Shown in pieces: positions 7,643-16,246 of a stretch of DNA of 64,000 bases (position 1 is the stretch's first letter; each line of letters starts with the position of its first letter). The notes beneath the pieces are model-generated. The model was not told the DNA's origin. It ran no database searches and was given only the letters and a program-made list of their open reading frames with translations. Source of the DNA: a bacterium (GTDB lineage Bacteria; Patescibacteriota; Minisyncoccia; Phycocordibacterales; UBA12088); contig QKEV01000003.1 of NCBI GenBank assembly GCA_003252295.1, positions 701 through 64,700 on the forward strand. Direction: 5' to 3'. The translations under genes were made by a program, and so were the position numbers.

Positions 7643-9388
7643 ATGAGGTTATCTCGTGTTCTTTGGGCGTTTCTCTTTGTGTTACTGTTTGGGTTTGGAA
7701 CTGTTGCAGATGCTGCAACAATGTTTCCTTCACCCACTTCTGGAGAAAAAACAGTGGGGGCAGTGTTTTCTTTAAAGGTGTACGTTGAAAGCTCGTCACA
7801 AGCGATGAATGCAGCTGGTGCAACGCTGTCTTTTCCTACTGACATTCTTGAGGTTGTGTCGGTGAGTAGAGAAGATTCTATTATAAATCTATGGATACAA
7901 GAACCGACATTTAGTAATACATATGGAACGGTAAAGTTTGAAGGAATCGTTTTTGATCCTGGATTTAAGGGTGCTAGTGGGCAGGTAATCACGGTTCATT
8001 TTCGAGCGAAGAAAATCGGGGTGGCTCCTATTACACTCGATTCCGGGACAGTGCTTGCTAATGATGGTATGGCAACAGAAATCCTCACTGGTACGAAGAA
8101 AGCATCATACTCAATCGTTGCTCCAAGTGCTGTTGAGGTGGCACCATCGCCAGTGGTAGTGGATCCGGTGACAACACAGGTGAACCTCCCAGCACCGGTT
8201 ATTGTCTCAGATACACATCCTGACCAAGATGCTTGGTACAGTAACGGTAACCCTCATTTTTCATGGAAGAACGATAAAGGGGTTACAGCAGTTCGTACAC
8301 TTATAGACAGGGATTCTAACTCTGTTCCAACAGTGGTGTACGATCCTCCTGTAGAGGAGAAGCAAGTGCAAGATCTTGAAGATGGTGTTTGGTACTTCCA
8401 TGTACAAAGTAAGGATGAGAATGGTTGGGGTGGAATTGCACACTATGCGGTACATATAGATACAGAAAAACCACATGATCTCACTATAACCGAAATTGAA
8501 AAGATCGACACAACTACACCAACTGCTGGGTTTACTTTGAATGCTCAAGATGAGGTTTCTGGTATAGATTACTACGAGATTGAAGTAGGTGGTGAGACAG
8601 TTACTTGGAAGCCGGGAAGAGAAGCATTCATAACTTCCGTACTTGAACCGGGAGAATACACGCTTAATGTAAAAGTATTTGATCAAGCAGGAAATGTTAC
8701 TGGTGGTTGGGCAAAGTTCACTATTGAAGGAATTCCAACACCTACAGTTGATGGTACAGTGACAGAGATTACCGCAGGGGAATCCTTTGAGATACGCGGG
8801 AAAGTCACCCAAGGTACTCAGGTAGTGTATGCATACATTACTGATAGATTTGGTGAAGTGTACGAGTTCTCTACTTCTGATATAGCTCAAGATGGATCTT
8901 TTGTGCTCATGGTACAGGGTACACTTTCGCCAGGTGAGTACGTTGTGACACTGGTGGCTGAAGATGGGCAAGGTGCAAGAAGTAGAGAGAGTGGTAAGTT
9001 ACCTTTAACAGTACTCATCCCAGGTTTGTTTGGTCTGACAGTAATGGAGGTGTTGTATATAATTTGCGCTCTCATACTTCTCGTGTTGGTACTCTTTACC
9101 CTACTTATTTTCCGTCATAGGAAAACAGAGCATCTCATCAAGCATCTTGGAAAGGGTGTAGACGAGATGGATAAAAGTGTCGTAAAGGCAGCGGCTCTCC
9201 TCAAGAGTGATATTTCAAAACAGGTTGATGACATAAAAAACAAACGGTCAAGCGGTAAACTGACAAAAACAGAACGAGATCTTGTTGTTACCATGCAGCA
9301 GGACATGGCTGATCTTGAAAGGTATCTTAAGAAACAGATTACTGAAGTAGAAGAATTGCTTGGCAAAGAAGAGGAAAAAGAGGGCTAG
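7643..9388 (+). CDS. membrane-anchored cohesin-like domain protein with Ig-like modules and cytoplasmic coiled-coil tail
   Basis: Signal peptide. A cohesin-like N-terminal domain (VGAVFSLKVYVESS...ATLSFPTDILEVVSVS...VKFEGIV). Ig/Y_Y_Y-like modules (GVWYFHVQSKDENGW). TM LFGLTVMEVLYIICALILLVLVLFTLLIF, then a ~90-aa charged coiled-coil tail. Confidence 0.55.
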   Translation: MRLSRVLWAFLFVLLFGFGTVADAATMFPSPTSGEKTVGAVFSLKVYVESSSQAMNAAGATLSFPTDILEVVSVSREDSIINLWIQEPTFSNTYGTVKFEGIVFDPGFKGASGQVITVHFRAKKIGVAPITLDSGTVLANDGMATEILTGTKKASYSIVAPSAVEVAPSPVVVDPVTTQVNLPAPVIVSDTHPDQDAWYSNGNPHFSWKNDKGVTAVRTLIDRDSNSVPTVVYDPPVEEKQVQDLEDGVWYFHVQSKDENGWGGIAHYAVHIDTEKPHDLTITEIEKIDTTTPTAGFTLNAQDEVSGIDYYEIEVGGETVTWKPGREAFITSVLEPGEYTLNVKVFDQAGNVTGGWAKFTIEGIPTPTVDGTVTEITAGESFEIRGKVTQGTQVVYAYITDRFGEVYEFSTSDIAQDGSFVLMVQGTLSPGEYVVTLVAEDGQGARSRESGKLPLTVLIPGLFGLTVMEVLYIICALILLVLVLFTLLIFRHRKTEHLIKHLGKGVDEMDKSVVKAAALLKSDISKQVDDIKNKRSSGKLTKTERDLVVTMQQDMADLERYLKKQITEVEELLGKEEEKEG

Positions 9389-9480
9389 AAACTTAGGTAT
9401 CTATCCTTAATTACCCTTTACTGTAGTTTCTTGTAATAGAGATACTGCTGTAGGGGGTAGTTTTTGCTATACTTTCAGCA

Positions 9481-10182
9481 ATGAGAGAAGAACATGTTAT
9501 ATCGTACACATCCATACTCAAGGCATTTATTGTTTTTGTTGTTGGAGTTTCAGTTCTAGTTGCAGTTCAACTTTTTTCTGAGGAGAGTGAGGAAGATACC
9601 GGTACAGGTACACAAACTCAACAGGAGGAAACTGTTGCAAAAGAGACCGGGACACAAAAAACTAAAACACAAGGGAATGTAGATTGGAAAACATACGTTA
9701 GTGACGGCAAGATATTTCAAATACAGTATCCTGGAGAGTACTACTATGTGCGAGAGAAAACGAATGGAGCAGAAATGGTAAATATTTTTGAAGAAGATGA
9801 GTACAACAGGGCATATCGTGAGGCGCAGCAGACGTGTGTGGAGCGAGGTGAATCAGATTGTTCGGTGTACTACTCTCGTACAAGTTCAATGCTGATCGTC
9901 ATAAAGGATGATGGTAGAACAATCAAAGAGTATGCAAACATTTATGGTGCAACAAACAAAACCTGTACTGTAGGAGGGAAAAAAGGTTTATGCACCGTTG
10001 CATCTGGTTATACTGACCCAATACCGTATTTTTTGTATGAAGAGAATGGGAAAGTAGTGATATTTTCTAATGTAGGGACAGCCCAGAAACCAAGCGTTCC
10101 TCTGCCAACAGTTGATCCTCGAAGTAGTTTACTTAAAGACGAACGGGAACAAATAGTAGGTACGTTCCGTTTTTTGAAGTAA
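9481..10182 (+). CDS. hypothetical N-terminally anchored extracytoplasmic protein
   Basis: N-terminal TM (ILKAFIVFVVGVSVLVAVQLF), an acidic/Thr linker and a 6-Cys globular region. Last gene of the surface cluster, followed by a terminator. Confidence 0.45.
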   Translation: MREEHVISYTSILKAFIVFVVGVSVLVAVQLFSEESEEDTGTGTQTQQEETVAKETGTQKTKTQGNVDWKTYVSDGKIFQIQYPGEYYYVREKTNGAEMVNIFEEDEYNRAYREAQQTCVERGESDCSVYYSRTSSMLIVIKDDGRTIKEYANIYGATNKTCTVGGKKGLCTVASGYTDPIPYFLYEENGKVVIFSNVGTAQKPSVPLPTVDPRSSLLKDEREQIVGTFRFLK

Positions 10183-10206
10183 TTTATCACCTTACAAAAA
10201 GTTAAA

Positions 10207-10240
10207 ACAAAAAAGCTGGAGAAATCTCCAGCTTTTTTAA
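10207..10240 (+). terminator. bidirectional intrinsic terminator
   Basis: aaaaaaGCTGGAGAaatcTCTCCAGCtttttt: a perfect 10-bp stem flanked by an A-run and a T-run. Confidence 0.7.
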
Positions 10241-10341
10241 AATGAGCGCTCCAAGAGTGTATATGGCTAGCTTAATGTCAGAGCCATCCGTTTTTTTTCT
10301 GGGTTTTGCTATAGAAGCAATGTTTATTTCGTCTTTTCTGT

Positions 10342-10383
10342 TTGGGCTGTTTGATGGGCTGTTTGATGGGCTGTTTAGGTGGG
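10342..10383. repeat. 12-bp tandem repeat (gggctgtttgat x3.3)
   Basis: Direct tandem copies are visible in the sequence. The overlapping 60-aa ORF (MGCLMGCLMGCL) is an artefact of the repeat. Confidence 0.8.
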
Positions 10384-11037
10384 ATACCCAAAGATAACAT
10401 AGCAGTCAGTAGTGACCTTAATCATAAGACTCTTGGAGGCGCGATTCGTTCTGATAGCAGGGTAGCAAAATTACTTTGTATGTCAAATGGGATTATTAAC
10501 ACGTATACAAAAAAGAACCGGTAGTACAACTTGTACTACCGGCAAATACTGCCCAGTGTTTTGAAGCAGATAGATGAGGGGGCGCTCTATACTATCTGTT
10601 GAGAGGACACTAAACAGTAGTTTAGAATTGCCTCCAGTGAGGGTGAATGTTGATCTGATGTTTCAGAGCCCGTTTCATATGCAGAAGTGAGCGCTCGTTG
10701 CATGTACTGTACTGGACTACAGAGCATAGATGACTTCAACAATTCCCCCCGCTGGGGCAATGTCGTTTTCTGTGCGCAAGAATATATGATAATGTTTATT
10801 TGTCAATAGTATAGAAATAAAAAAATGATACCATAGCAGATGGAGTAGTTTTCCCACTAGTTGGTGAGGTTACGGCTCACCAAGGTGTCGTAGACGTCAA
10901 AAGGGCAGTCATAGTGATGTGACTGCCTTGTCTGTTGCATAGGCATATTGACCAAAAAGGTGAATCACCATATAGTCGAGAGAGGCACTATTACAAAGTA
11001 ATAGTACATTACTAAAAGAACTGGAAAGGGGTGCGAC

Positions 11038-11259
11038 ATGGTGCATTGTGGTGTTACATCGCGTACTGATGATTGGGAGAAGCAAGTGGTCTTTTTTGAG
11101 GAAGTTGGTGATAAAGAACTTAATGAGTTGTGTGCCGTTTTGAAAAAATGTAGAGAAGGCGAAGGTAATATACAAATAGTGAGAGAGCAGGCATATTATC
11201 TCATGGGAAAACATCCAACCAACATCCGCATTCTGCATTTTTGCAAACATCTTAATTAA
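11038..11259 (+). CDS. hypothetical small protein (orphan)
   Basis: 73-aa ORF in an AT-rich island with no recognisable motif. It overlaps an antisense ORF, and which strand is coding is uncertain. Confidence 0.25.
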   Translation: MVHCGVTSRTDDWEKQVVFFEEVGDKELNELCAVLKKCREGEGNIQIVREQAYYLMGKHPTNIRILHFCKHLN

Positions 11260-11293
11260 AACCGTTTGTTGAAATATTCATGCCGGAGTACAT

Positions 11294-11776
11294 ATGCTTA
11301 CTCCGGTTGTTTTATTAATTGTTATGTTTGACAAATACAAATACGATTGTATTTTAAAAACAGGATTAATATACAAAAAAACTTCAAACAGGAAGGGGGA
11401 TTACATGCAAGACTATATCTTGGTAACAAAAGCTGTTGCTACTGGGAGAGTATACATGACAACGTATTTTCAACCTGATAATGAAAAGGCTTTTCTAGAG
11501 GCAGAACGATTGTGTAGCACTCAAACAGACAATGAGGTTGTGTTTATAGGTAGGGTGGAAGAGTTAACATTAGATTTCAAACGTTATGTCGACAAGAATG
11601 ACTTTCCTTACCAGTATAGACAGTTGGTTCAACGATACAATGAACTAGAAAATAAAGAGGAAGGTGGTCTAGGAATACTTGCTGATGCAGTGTTGTTGGG
11701 TGAACAATTTCCTAATGAAAGCCTTATAATACATTTTGTAAATTTTTTGAAAGGACGTTTGAGGATGCATATGTAG
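11294..11776 (+). CDS. hypothetical protein (orphan; likely start at Met 11406)
   Basis: 160-aa ORF. The internal Met (MQDYILVTKAV) follows a GGAAGGGGG RBS-like stretch. No recognisable domain. A hairpin lies downstream at 11794-11810. Confidence 0.35.
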   Translation: MLTPVVLLIVMFDKYKYDCILKTGLIYKKTSNRKGDYMQDYILVTKAVATGRVYMTTYFQPDNEKAFLEAERLCSTQTDNEVVFIGRVEELTLDFKRYVDKNDFPYQYRQLVQRYNELENKEEGGLGILADAVLLGEQFPNESLIIHFVNFLKGRLRMHM

Positions 11777-11793
11777 TCGTTCAATGGTAGCGA

Positions 11794-11825
11794 CCCCGTC
11801 ACAAGCGGGGTTGCATTCTTTTTTA
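11794..11825 (+). terminator. possible intrinsic terminator
   Basis: CCCCGtcacaagCGGGG stem followed by a T-run 7 nt further on. The spacing is sub-optimal. Confidence 0.35.
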
Positions 11826-12032
11826 CTTTCCTGTATAGTGCTTGAGCTGATAGATTTTGCTGCGTAGAGCAGTAGAGCCATGTCTCAAGAGAGACCACTG
11901 GACAAAAAGCCGTACGGGTGTTTGTTCAGTACAGGCTTTATTTATTTAAGCTAAACTAATAACGATTGTGGCGACTATAGTTTACTTATCCTTTAGGATA
12001 GCAATACGACCTAAAAAGGTTTAGTACAAAAC

Positions 12033-12641
12033 ATGAAATTTATTCTTGCAACAAAAGAAAACATGACACAGGTCTTCGATGAAGAAGGTCGTGTTCATCC
12101 TGCTACTGTATTGAATGCGGGTCCAAACACCGTAACACAGATAAAGACAGATGAAACTGATGGCTACCGTGCAGTACAGGTTGGTTTTATGGATAGGAAA
12201 GAAAAGCGTGTGCACAAGGCACAGCGCCCAAAGGGGCTTTTCCGCTACTTCCGAGAGTTCCGAGCAAAAAATGGCGAAGCATTAGATTTTGAGACAGGGA
12301 AGATCATTACTGTAGATGAGGCATTTGCAGTAGGAGATAAAATCGCAGTTTCAGGACTTTCAAAAGCAAAGGGATTTCAGGGCGTAGTTAAGCGACATAA
12401 TTTTGCTGGTGGTCCACGAACACATGGTCAGAAGCATACCGAGCGTTCACCTGGATCAATTGGTGGAGGACTTCGTTCTCGTGTACCAAAGGGTATGCGC
12501 ATGGCGGGGCGTACCGGTGGAGAACGTGTTACAGTAAAGAATCTCACAGTAGTTGCTGTAGATAAGGAAAATAACCGGCTCATAGTCGAAGGAGCTGTTC
12601 CAGGCAGACGAGGTACACTTATTGAGGTAAGAGGTATATAA
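12033..12641 (+). CDS. rplC: 50S ribosomal protein L3
   Basis: MKFILATKENMTQVFDEEGRVHPATVL...GFQGVVKRHNFAGGPRTHGQ is a uL3 signature. Confidence 0.95.
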   Translation: MKFILATKENMTQVFDEEGRVHPATVLNAGPNTVTQIKTDETDGYRAVQVGFMDRKEKRVHKAQRPKGLFRYFREFRAKNGEALDFETGKIITVDEAFAVGDKIAVSGLSKAKGFQGVVKRHNFAGGPRTHGQKHTERSPGSIGGGLRSRVPKGMRMAGRTGGERVTVKNLTVVAVDKENNRLIVEGAVPGRRGTLIEVRGI

Positions 12642-12642
12642 C

Positions 12643-13323
12643 ATGGAAGCAAAGGTATACAACAAAGAAGGAAAAGAGGCAGGAAAGGTAACATTACCTG
12701 AAAGCGTCTTCGGTGTAGCATGGAACGATGATTTGGTGCATCAGGTAGTAGTCGCAATGCAGGCAAATGCGCGTATTCCATGGGCACATACAAAAGATCG
12801 TAGTGAGGTGCAGGGTACTGGCAAAAAACCATGGAAACAGAAGGGGACAGGAAGTGCACGACATGGCTCTAGACGGTCACCTATCTGGCGAACAGGAGGT
12901 GTTGCACATGGTCCACGAAATGAGAAGAGCTACAAGCAGAAAATAAACCGCAAGATGCGTTCAAATGCACTCTTTGCAGTACTTTCAAAGAAGTATGCAG
13001 ATGGTGAAGTACTTTTTGTAGATACATTGAGCTTTAATGAACCAAAGACAAAGGATGCAAAAGCATCACTCACTGCACTTGCGAGTGTGAAGGGATTTGA
13101 GGAACTTAAGACAAAACGTAAGAATGCAGCACTCATTGCAATGGTTGATAGTGATGATGCGGTTACAAAGAGTTTTCAGAATATGGGCAACGTGACACTC
13201 GAAGGTGTACGTAACCTAAACCCAGTTGATCTTCTTAAGAACAAGTACCTCGTGCTTGTTGGAGGGGAACATGCGGTGAAGGTTATTGAAAGCCGAGTTG
13301 GTACAACTAAGGAGAGTAAATAG
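12643..13323 (+). CDS. rplD: 50S ribosomal protein L4
   Basis: KPWKQKGTGSARHGSRRSPIWRTGGVAHGP matches the uL4 core. The start overlaps the rplC stop. Confidence 0.95.
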   Translation: MEAKVYNKEGKEAGKVTLPESVFGVAWNDDLVHQVVVAMQANARIPWAHTKDRSEVQGTGKKPWKQKGTGSARHGSRRSPIWRTGGVAHGPRNEKSYKQKINRKMRSNALFAVLSKKYADGEVLFVDTLSFNEPKTKDAKASLTALASVKGFEELKTKRKNAALIAMVDSDDAVTKSFQNMGNVTLEGVRNLNPVDLLKNKYLVLVGGEHAVKVIESRVGTTKESK

Positions 13324-13327
13324 AGGT

Positions 13328-13735
13328 ATGGCGATTTTCAATAAAAAAGAAGAAAAGAAGGAAACAAAGAAGCCAGTGGCAAAGAGAAAGGCTGCTCCTG
13401 TAAAGGAAAAGAAGGCAATAAAGCCAAAGAGCGATGCTGGGGCAAACCTTACAAAGGCACCAGGACGTATCATCAAGGCGCCTGTCATTACTGAGAAGGC
13501 GGTAAAAATGACCATGCAGAATGCATACGTGTTTGAAGTAGCGATGGATGCCACAAAGAACGATGTAAAAACTGCGGTACGTGCGCTCTACAAGGTAGAT
13601 CCTGTAAAGGTGAATATGGTACGAAAGAATCCACGTGCGTATGTAGCACGCTTCCGTAACCGACGTGGCGTTAAGTCAGGTATAAAGAAAGCATATGTTT
13701 TTCTCAAGAAGGGAGAAAAAATTGATCTTGCATAA
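13328..13735 (+). CDS. rplW: 50S ribosomal protein L23 (Lys/Ala-rich N-terminal extension)
   Basis: C-terminal ITEKAVKMTMQNAYVFEVAMDATKNDVKTAVRALYKV is uL23. Start Met at 13328 follows the rplD stop. The ORF track starts earlier, in overlap. Confidence 0.9.
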   Translation: MAIFNKKEEKKETKKPVAKRKAAPVKEKKAIKPKSDAGANLTKAPGRIIKAPVITEKAVKMTMQNAYVFEVAMDATKNDVKTAVRALYKVDPVKVNMVRKNPRAYVARFRNRRGVKSGIKKAYVFLKKGEKIDLA

Positions 13736-13740
13736 ATAGT

Positions 13741-14586
13741 ATGAAAAAGTATCGACCAACAACTGCATCACGAAGACACATGACCACTCGTTCGTACAAG
13801 AGTGTTGTCACTAAGAGTACACCACACAAGAAGCTCACAAAGGGTGGAAAGCGTGCTATGGGACGCAACAGTCAAGGACGTATCACGAGCCGTCATAAAG
13901 GAGGAGGTCATAAGCGATCCTATCGAACTATTGATTTCAAGATGGAGAAGGTAAACATTCCTGCACGCGTGGAGACTATAGAGTATGATCCAAACCGCAG
14001 TGCGTATATTGCACTCATCTGCTACCGTGATGGAGAACGACGTTACATCATTGCACACAAAGATATGAAGGTGGATGACACGTTCATTTGTTCAGAGGAT
14101 GCAAAACCAGAGGCAGGTGTACGTATGCCACTTCGTGAGATACCTATTGGTTCTGAAGTGCACAACATTGAGACAAAACCTGGAGCAGGAGCAAAGCTTA
14201 TTCGTAGCGCTGGAAATGCTGCAACTATTCTTGCTCAGGATGGAACGCATACACATATCAAAATGCCTTCAAGTGAGGTGCGGAAGATAAACTCAGCAGC
14301 TTGGGCAACTATTGGTGTGGTTTCAAATTCAGAACATCAACTCATTACTTTAGGAAAAGCAGGACGAAGTCGATGGCTAGGAAAACGACCGACTGTTCGA
14401 GGTAATGCAATGAACCCAGTTGACCATCCACATGGAGGTGGAGAAGGACGACAGGGACGAGGACATCGACGAGCACGCAGTATCTTTGGTAAACCAACCG
14501 GTAAGGGTCATAAGACTCGAAAACCAAAGAAATACAGCGATTCACTCATCGTAACTCGCCGTAAGGTAGGTAAGAGGAGAAAATAG
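13741..14586 (+). CDS. rplB: 50S ribosomal protein L2
   Basis: GGGHKRSYRTIDF...NPVDHPHGGGEGR is a uL2 signature. Confidence 0.95.
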   Translation: MKKYRPTTASRRHMTTRSYKSVVTKSTPHKKLTKGGKRAMGRNSQGRITSRHKGGGHKRSYRTIDFKMEKVNIPARVETIEYDPNRSAYIALICYRDGERRYIIAHKDMKVDDTFICSEDAKPEAGVRMPLREIPIGSEVHNIETKPGAGAKLIRSAGNAATILAQDGTHTHIKMPSSEVRKINSAAWATIGVVSNSEHQLITLGKAGRSRWLGKRPTVRGNAMNPVDHPHGGGEGRQGRGHRRARSIFGKPTGKGHKTRKPKKYSDSLIVTRRKVGKRRK

Positions 14587-14661
14587 TAGTAATTGACAAG
14601 GGTTTGAGCGTTAAGTACTATAGTGCCCACGTTCAAACACTGAAAGAAAACAACAAGTAAC

Positions 14662-15000
14662 ATGTCACGATCACTTAAAAAAGGACCATATGTAGACCCA
14701 CGAGTCTTAAAGAAGATTGCAGGGAAGAAACCACAGGAGACGGGTGTTATTAAGACGTGGTCTCGAAGCTGCACTATCAGTCCAGAAATGGTTGGGTTCA
14801 CCTTTGGGGTACATAATGGAAAGGATCATATTGATGTGCTCTGTACCGAGGAAATGGTTGGACATAAACTTGGAGAGTTCTCACCTTCAACGAAATTCCT
14901 ACGACACGGAGGTAAGATCCAGAAAGAGCTTGAGCAGGCTCGAAAGGAGGCTGAGATTGCTGCAGCAAAGGCAGCTAAAGCAGCAGCGGCATCAAAATAG
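14662..15000 (+). CDS. rpsS: 30S ribosomal protein S19 (Ala/Lys-rich C-terminal tail)
   Basis: [19 protein letters not shown]...[12 protein letters not shown] is uS19. An extra [13 protein letters not shown] tail follows. Confidence 0.95.
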   Translation: MSRSLKKGPYVDPRVLKKIAGKKPQETGVIKTWSRSCTISPEMVGFTFGVHNGKDHIDVLCTEEMVGHKLGEFSPSTKFLRHGGKIQKELEQARKEAEIAAAKAAKAAAASK

Positions 15001-15011
15001 TATAGTATATC

Positions 15012-15476
15012 ATGCGAGCATTTCTTAAAAACAACAGACAAGCGCCACGTAAAGTTCGACTTATTGCACGAGCGGTCATTGGTAAAGACGTTGCTACAGC
15101 AGTAGCAGAACTTTCCATGATGCCAAACAAAGGTGCACGCACCTTGAAGAAGCTCATTGACTCTGCAGCAGCGAATGCACGACAGAACGATGTGAGTATC
15201 AAGAACGAGGATCTTATGGTAAAAAATATTACTGTAGACAAAGGTTCAGTGTATGTACGATACATGCCACGTGCTTTTGGTCGAGCAACACCGCTACATC
15301 GTGAGAATTCACATATTCGTGTGACACTTGAACTTAAGAATGGTAAGCAGGTTGTAACTGATGCAAAAGTTTCAGAGAAGAAAGAGGAAGTAAAGAAGGA
15401 AATGAAAGAAGAGAAGAAAACAGAAACTAAGAAGGAGAAAAAAACTGACGAAAAGAAGAATAAAGAAGACAAATAA
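15012..15476 (+). CDS. rplV: 50S ribosomal protein L22 (Lys/Glu-rich C-terminal extension)
   Basis: APRKVRLIARAVIGKDVATAVAEL...GKQV is uL22. A ~45-aa KKEEVKKEMKEEKK tail follows. Confidence 0.93.
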   Translation: MRAFLKNNRQAPRKVRLIARAVIGKDVATAVAELSMMPNKGARTLKKLIDSAAANARQNDVSIKNEDLMVKNITVDKGSVYVRYMPRAFGRATPLHRENSHIRVTLELKNGKQVVTDAKVSEKKEEVKKEMKEEKKTETKKEKKTDEKKNKEDK

Positions 15477-15514
15477 CAATTACTAAGAATCAATAACGCA
15501 ACACGCAAAGAATT

Positions 15515-16237
15515 ATGACGCACGTAGCACACCCATACGCACAGAGACTTGGAATCATTCGCGACTGGAAGTCGAGGTGGTTTGTGCGTGACCGTGCACA
15601 ATTTAAGGAGTTTCTTAAGACTGATACGATGCTTCGTTCTTGGCTTAAGAAGCGACTTAAGGGAATGTATGTTGCAGATATTGAGATCGAGCGCGGTGCA
15701 AGCATGCTTCGCATTATCGTAAAGACCGCACGTCCTGGTATGCTCATTGGACGAAGTGGTGAGGGTGTACAGAAGCTTCATAAAGAAATTGCAAAGAAGT
15801 TGAACGCTTTGAAGCTCACAGAAATGCCAGAGGTAAAACTTGATATTGAGGAGGTACGCAACCCAGAGGCAAGTGCACAAATTGTTGCTGAAATGGTAGT
15901 TGAAAGTCTTGAGAAGCGTATGCCATTTAGGCGAGTTTTGAAGCAGACGATTGATAAGGTTATTGCTAATCGTGAAGTAAAGGGAGTACGTATTGCACTT
16001 GCAGGACGTATTGGAGGAGCAGAAATGAGTCGACGTGAGGAGATCAAGAAGGGTCGTGTACCACTTCAGACACTCCGTGCAGATATTGACTTTGCTAAAG
16101 CTGAGGCGTACCTTGCCTACACTGGTCTTGTTGGAGTAAAGGTTTGGATCTACAAGGGTGAGATATTTGAAGGAGATGATCAAAAGGTAAATCAGCCAAA
16201 GGAACAGAATCGAAATAATCGAAGGAATAGTAGATAG
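15515..16237 (+). CDS. rpsC: 30S ribosomal protein S3
   Basis: KH domain (IIVKTARPGMLIGRSGEGVQKL) and a uS3 C-terminal domain. Confidence 0.95.
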   Translation: MTHVAHPYAQRLGIIRDWKSRWFVRDRAQFKEFLKTDTMLRSWLKKRLKGMYVADIEIERGASMLRIIVKTARPGMLIGRSGEGVQKLHKEIAKKLNALKLTEMPEVKLDIEEVRNPEASAQIVAEMVVESLEKRMPFRRVLKQTIDKVIANREVKGVRIALAGRIGGAEMSRREEIKKGRVPLQTLRADIDFAKAEAYLAYTGLVGVKVWIYKGEIFEGDDQKVNQPKEQNRNNRRNSR

Positions 16238-16246
16238 TAAAGTAGT

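Noticed and set aside
8261-8971. 236-aa minus-strand ORF inside the cohesin-like gene
   Set aside because: Antisense to a coherent secreted-protein gene, with a Cys/His/Leu-rich nonsense composition.
10342-10383. Possible CRISPR array
   Set aside because: Only ~3 contiguous copies of a 12-mer, with no spacers. No CRISPR-like repeat-spacer architecture or cas genes were seen anywhere in the window.
10342-10524. 60-aa ORF MGCLMGCLMGCL...
   Set aside because: Its N-terminus is simply the translation of the 12-bp tandem repeat. There is no RBS, and it sits in an AT-rich noncoding island.
14975-16183. 402-aa minus-strand ORF
   Set aside because: It is antisense to rplV and rpsC. It is low-complexity, Leu/Ser/Phe-rich and has no motifs. 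The plus-strand r-protein genes are unambiguous.
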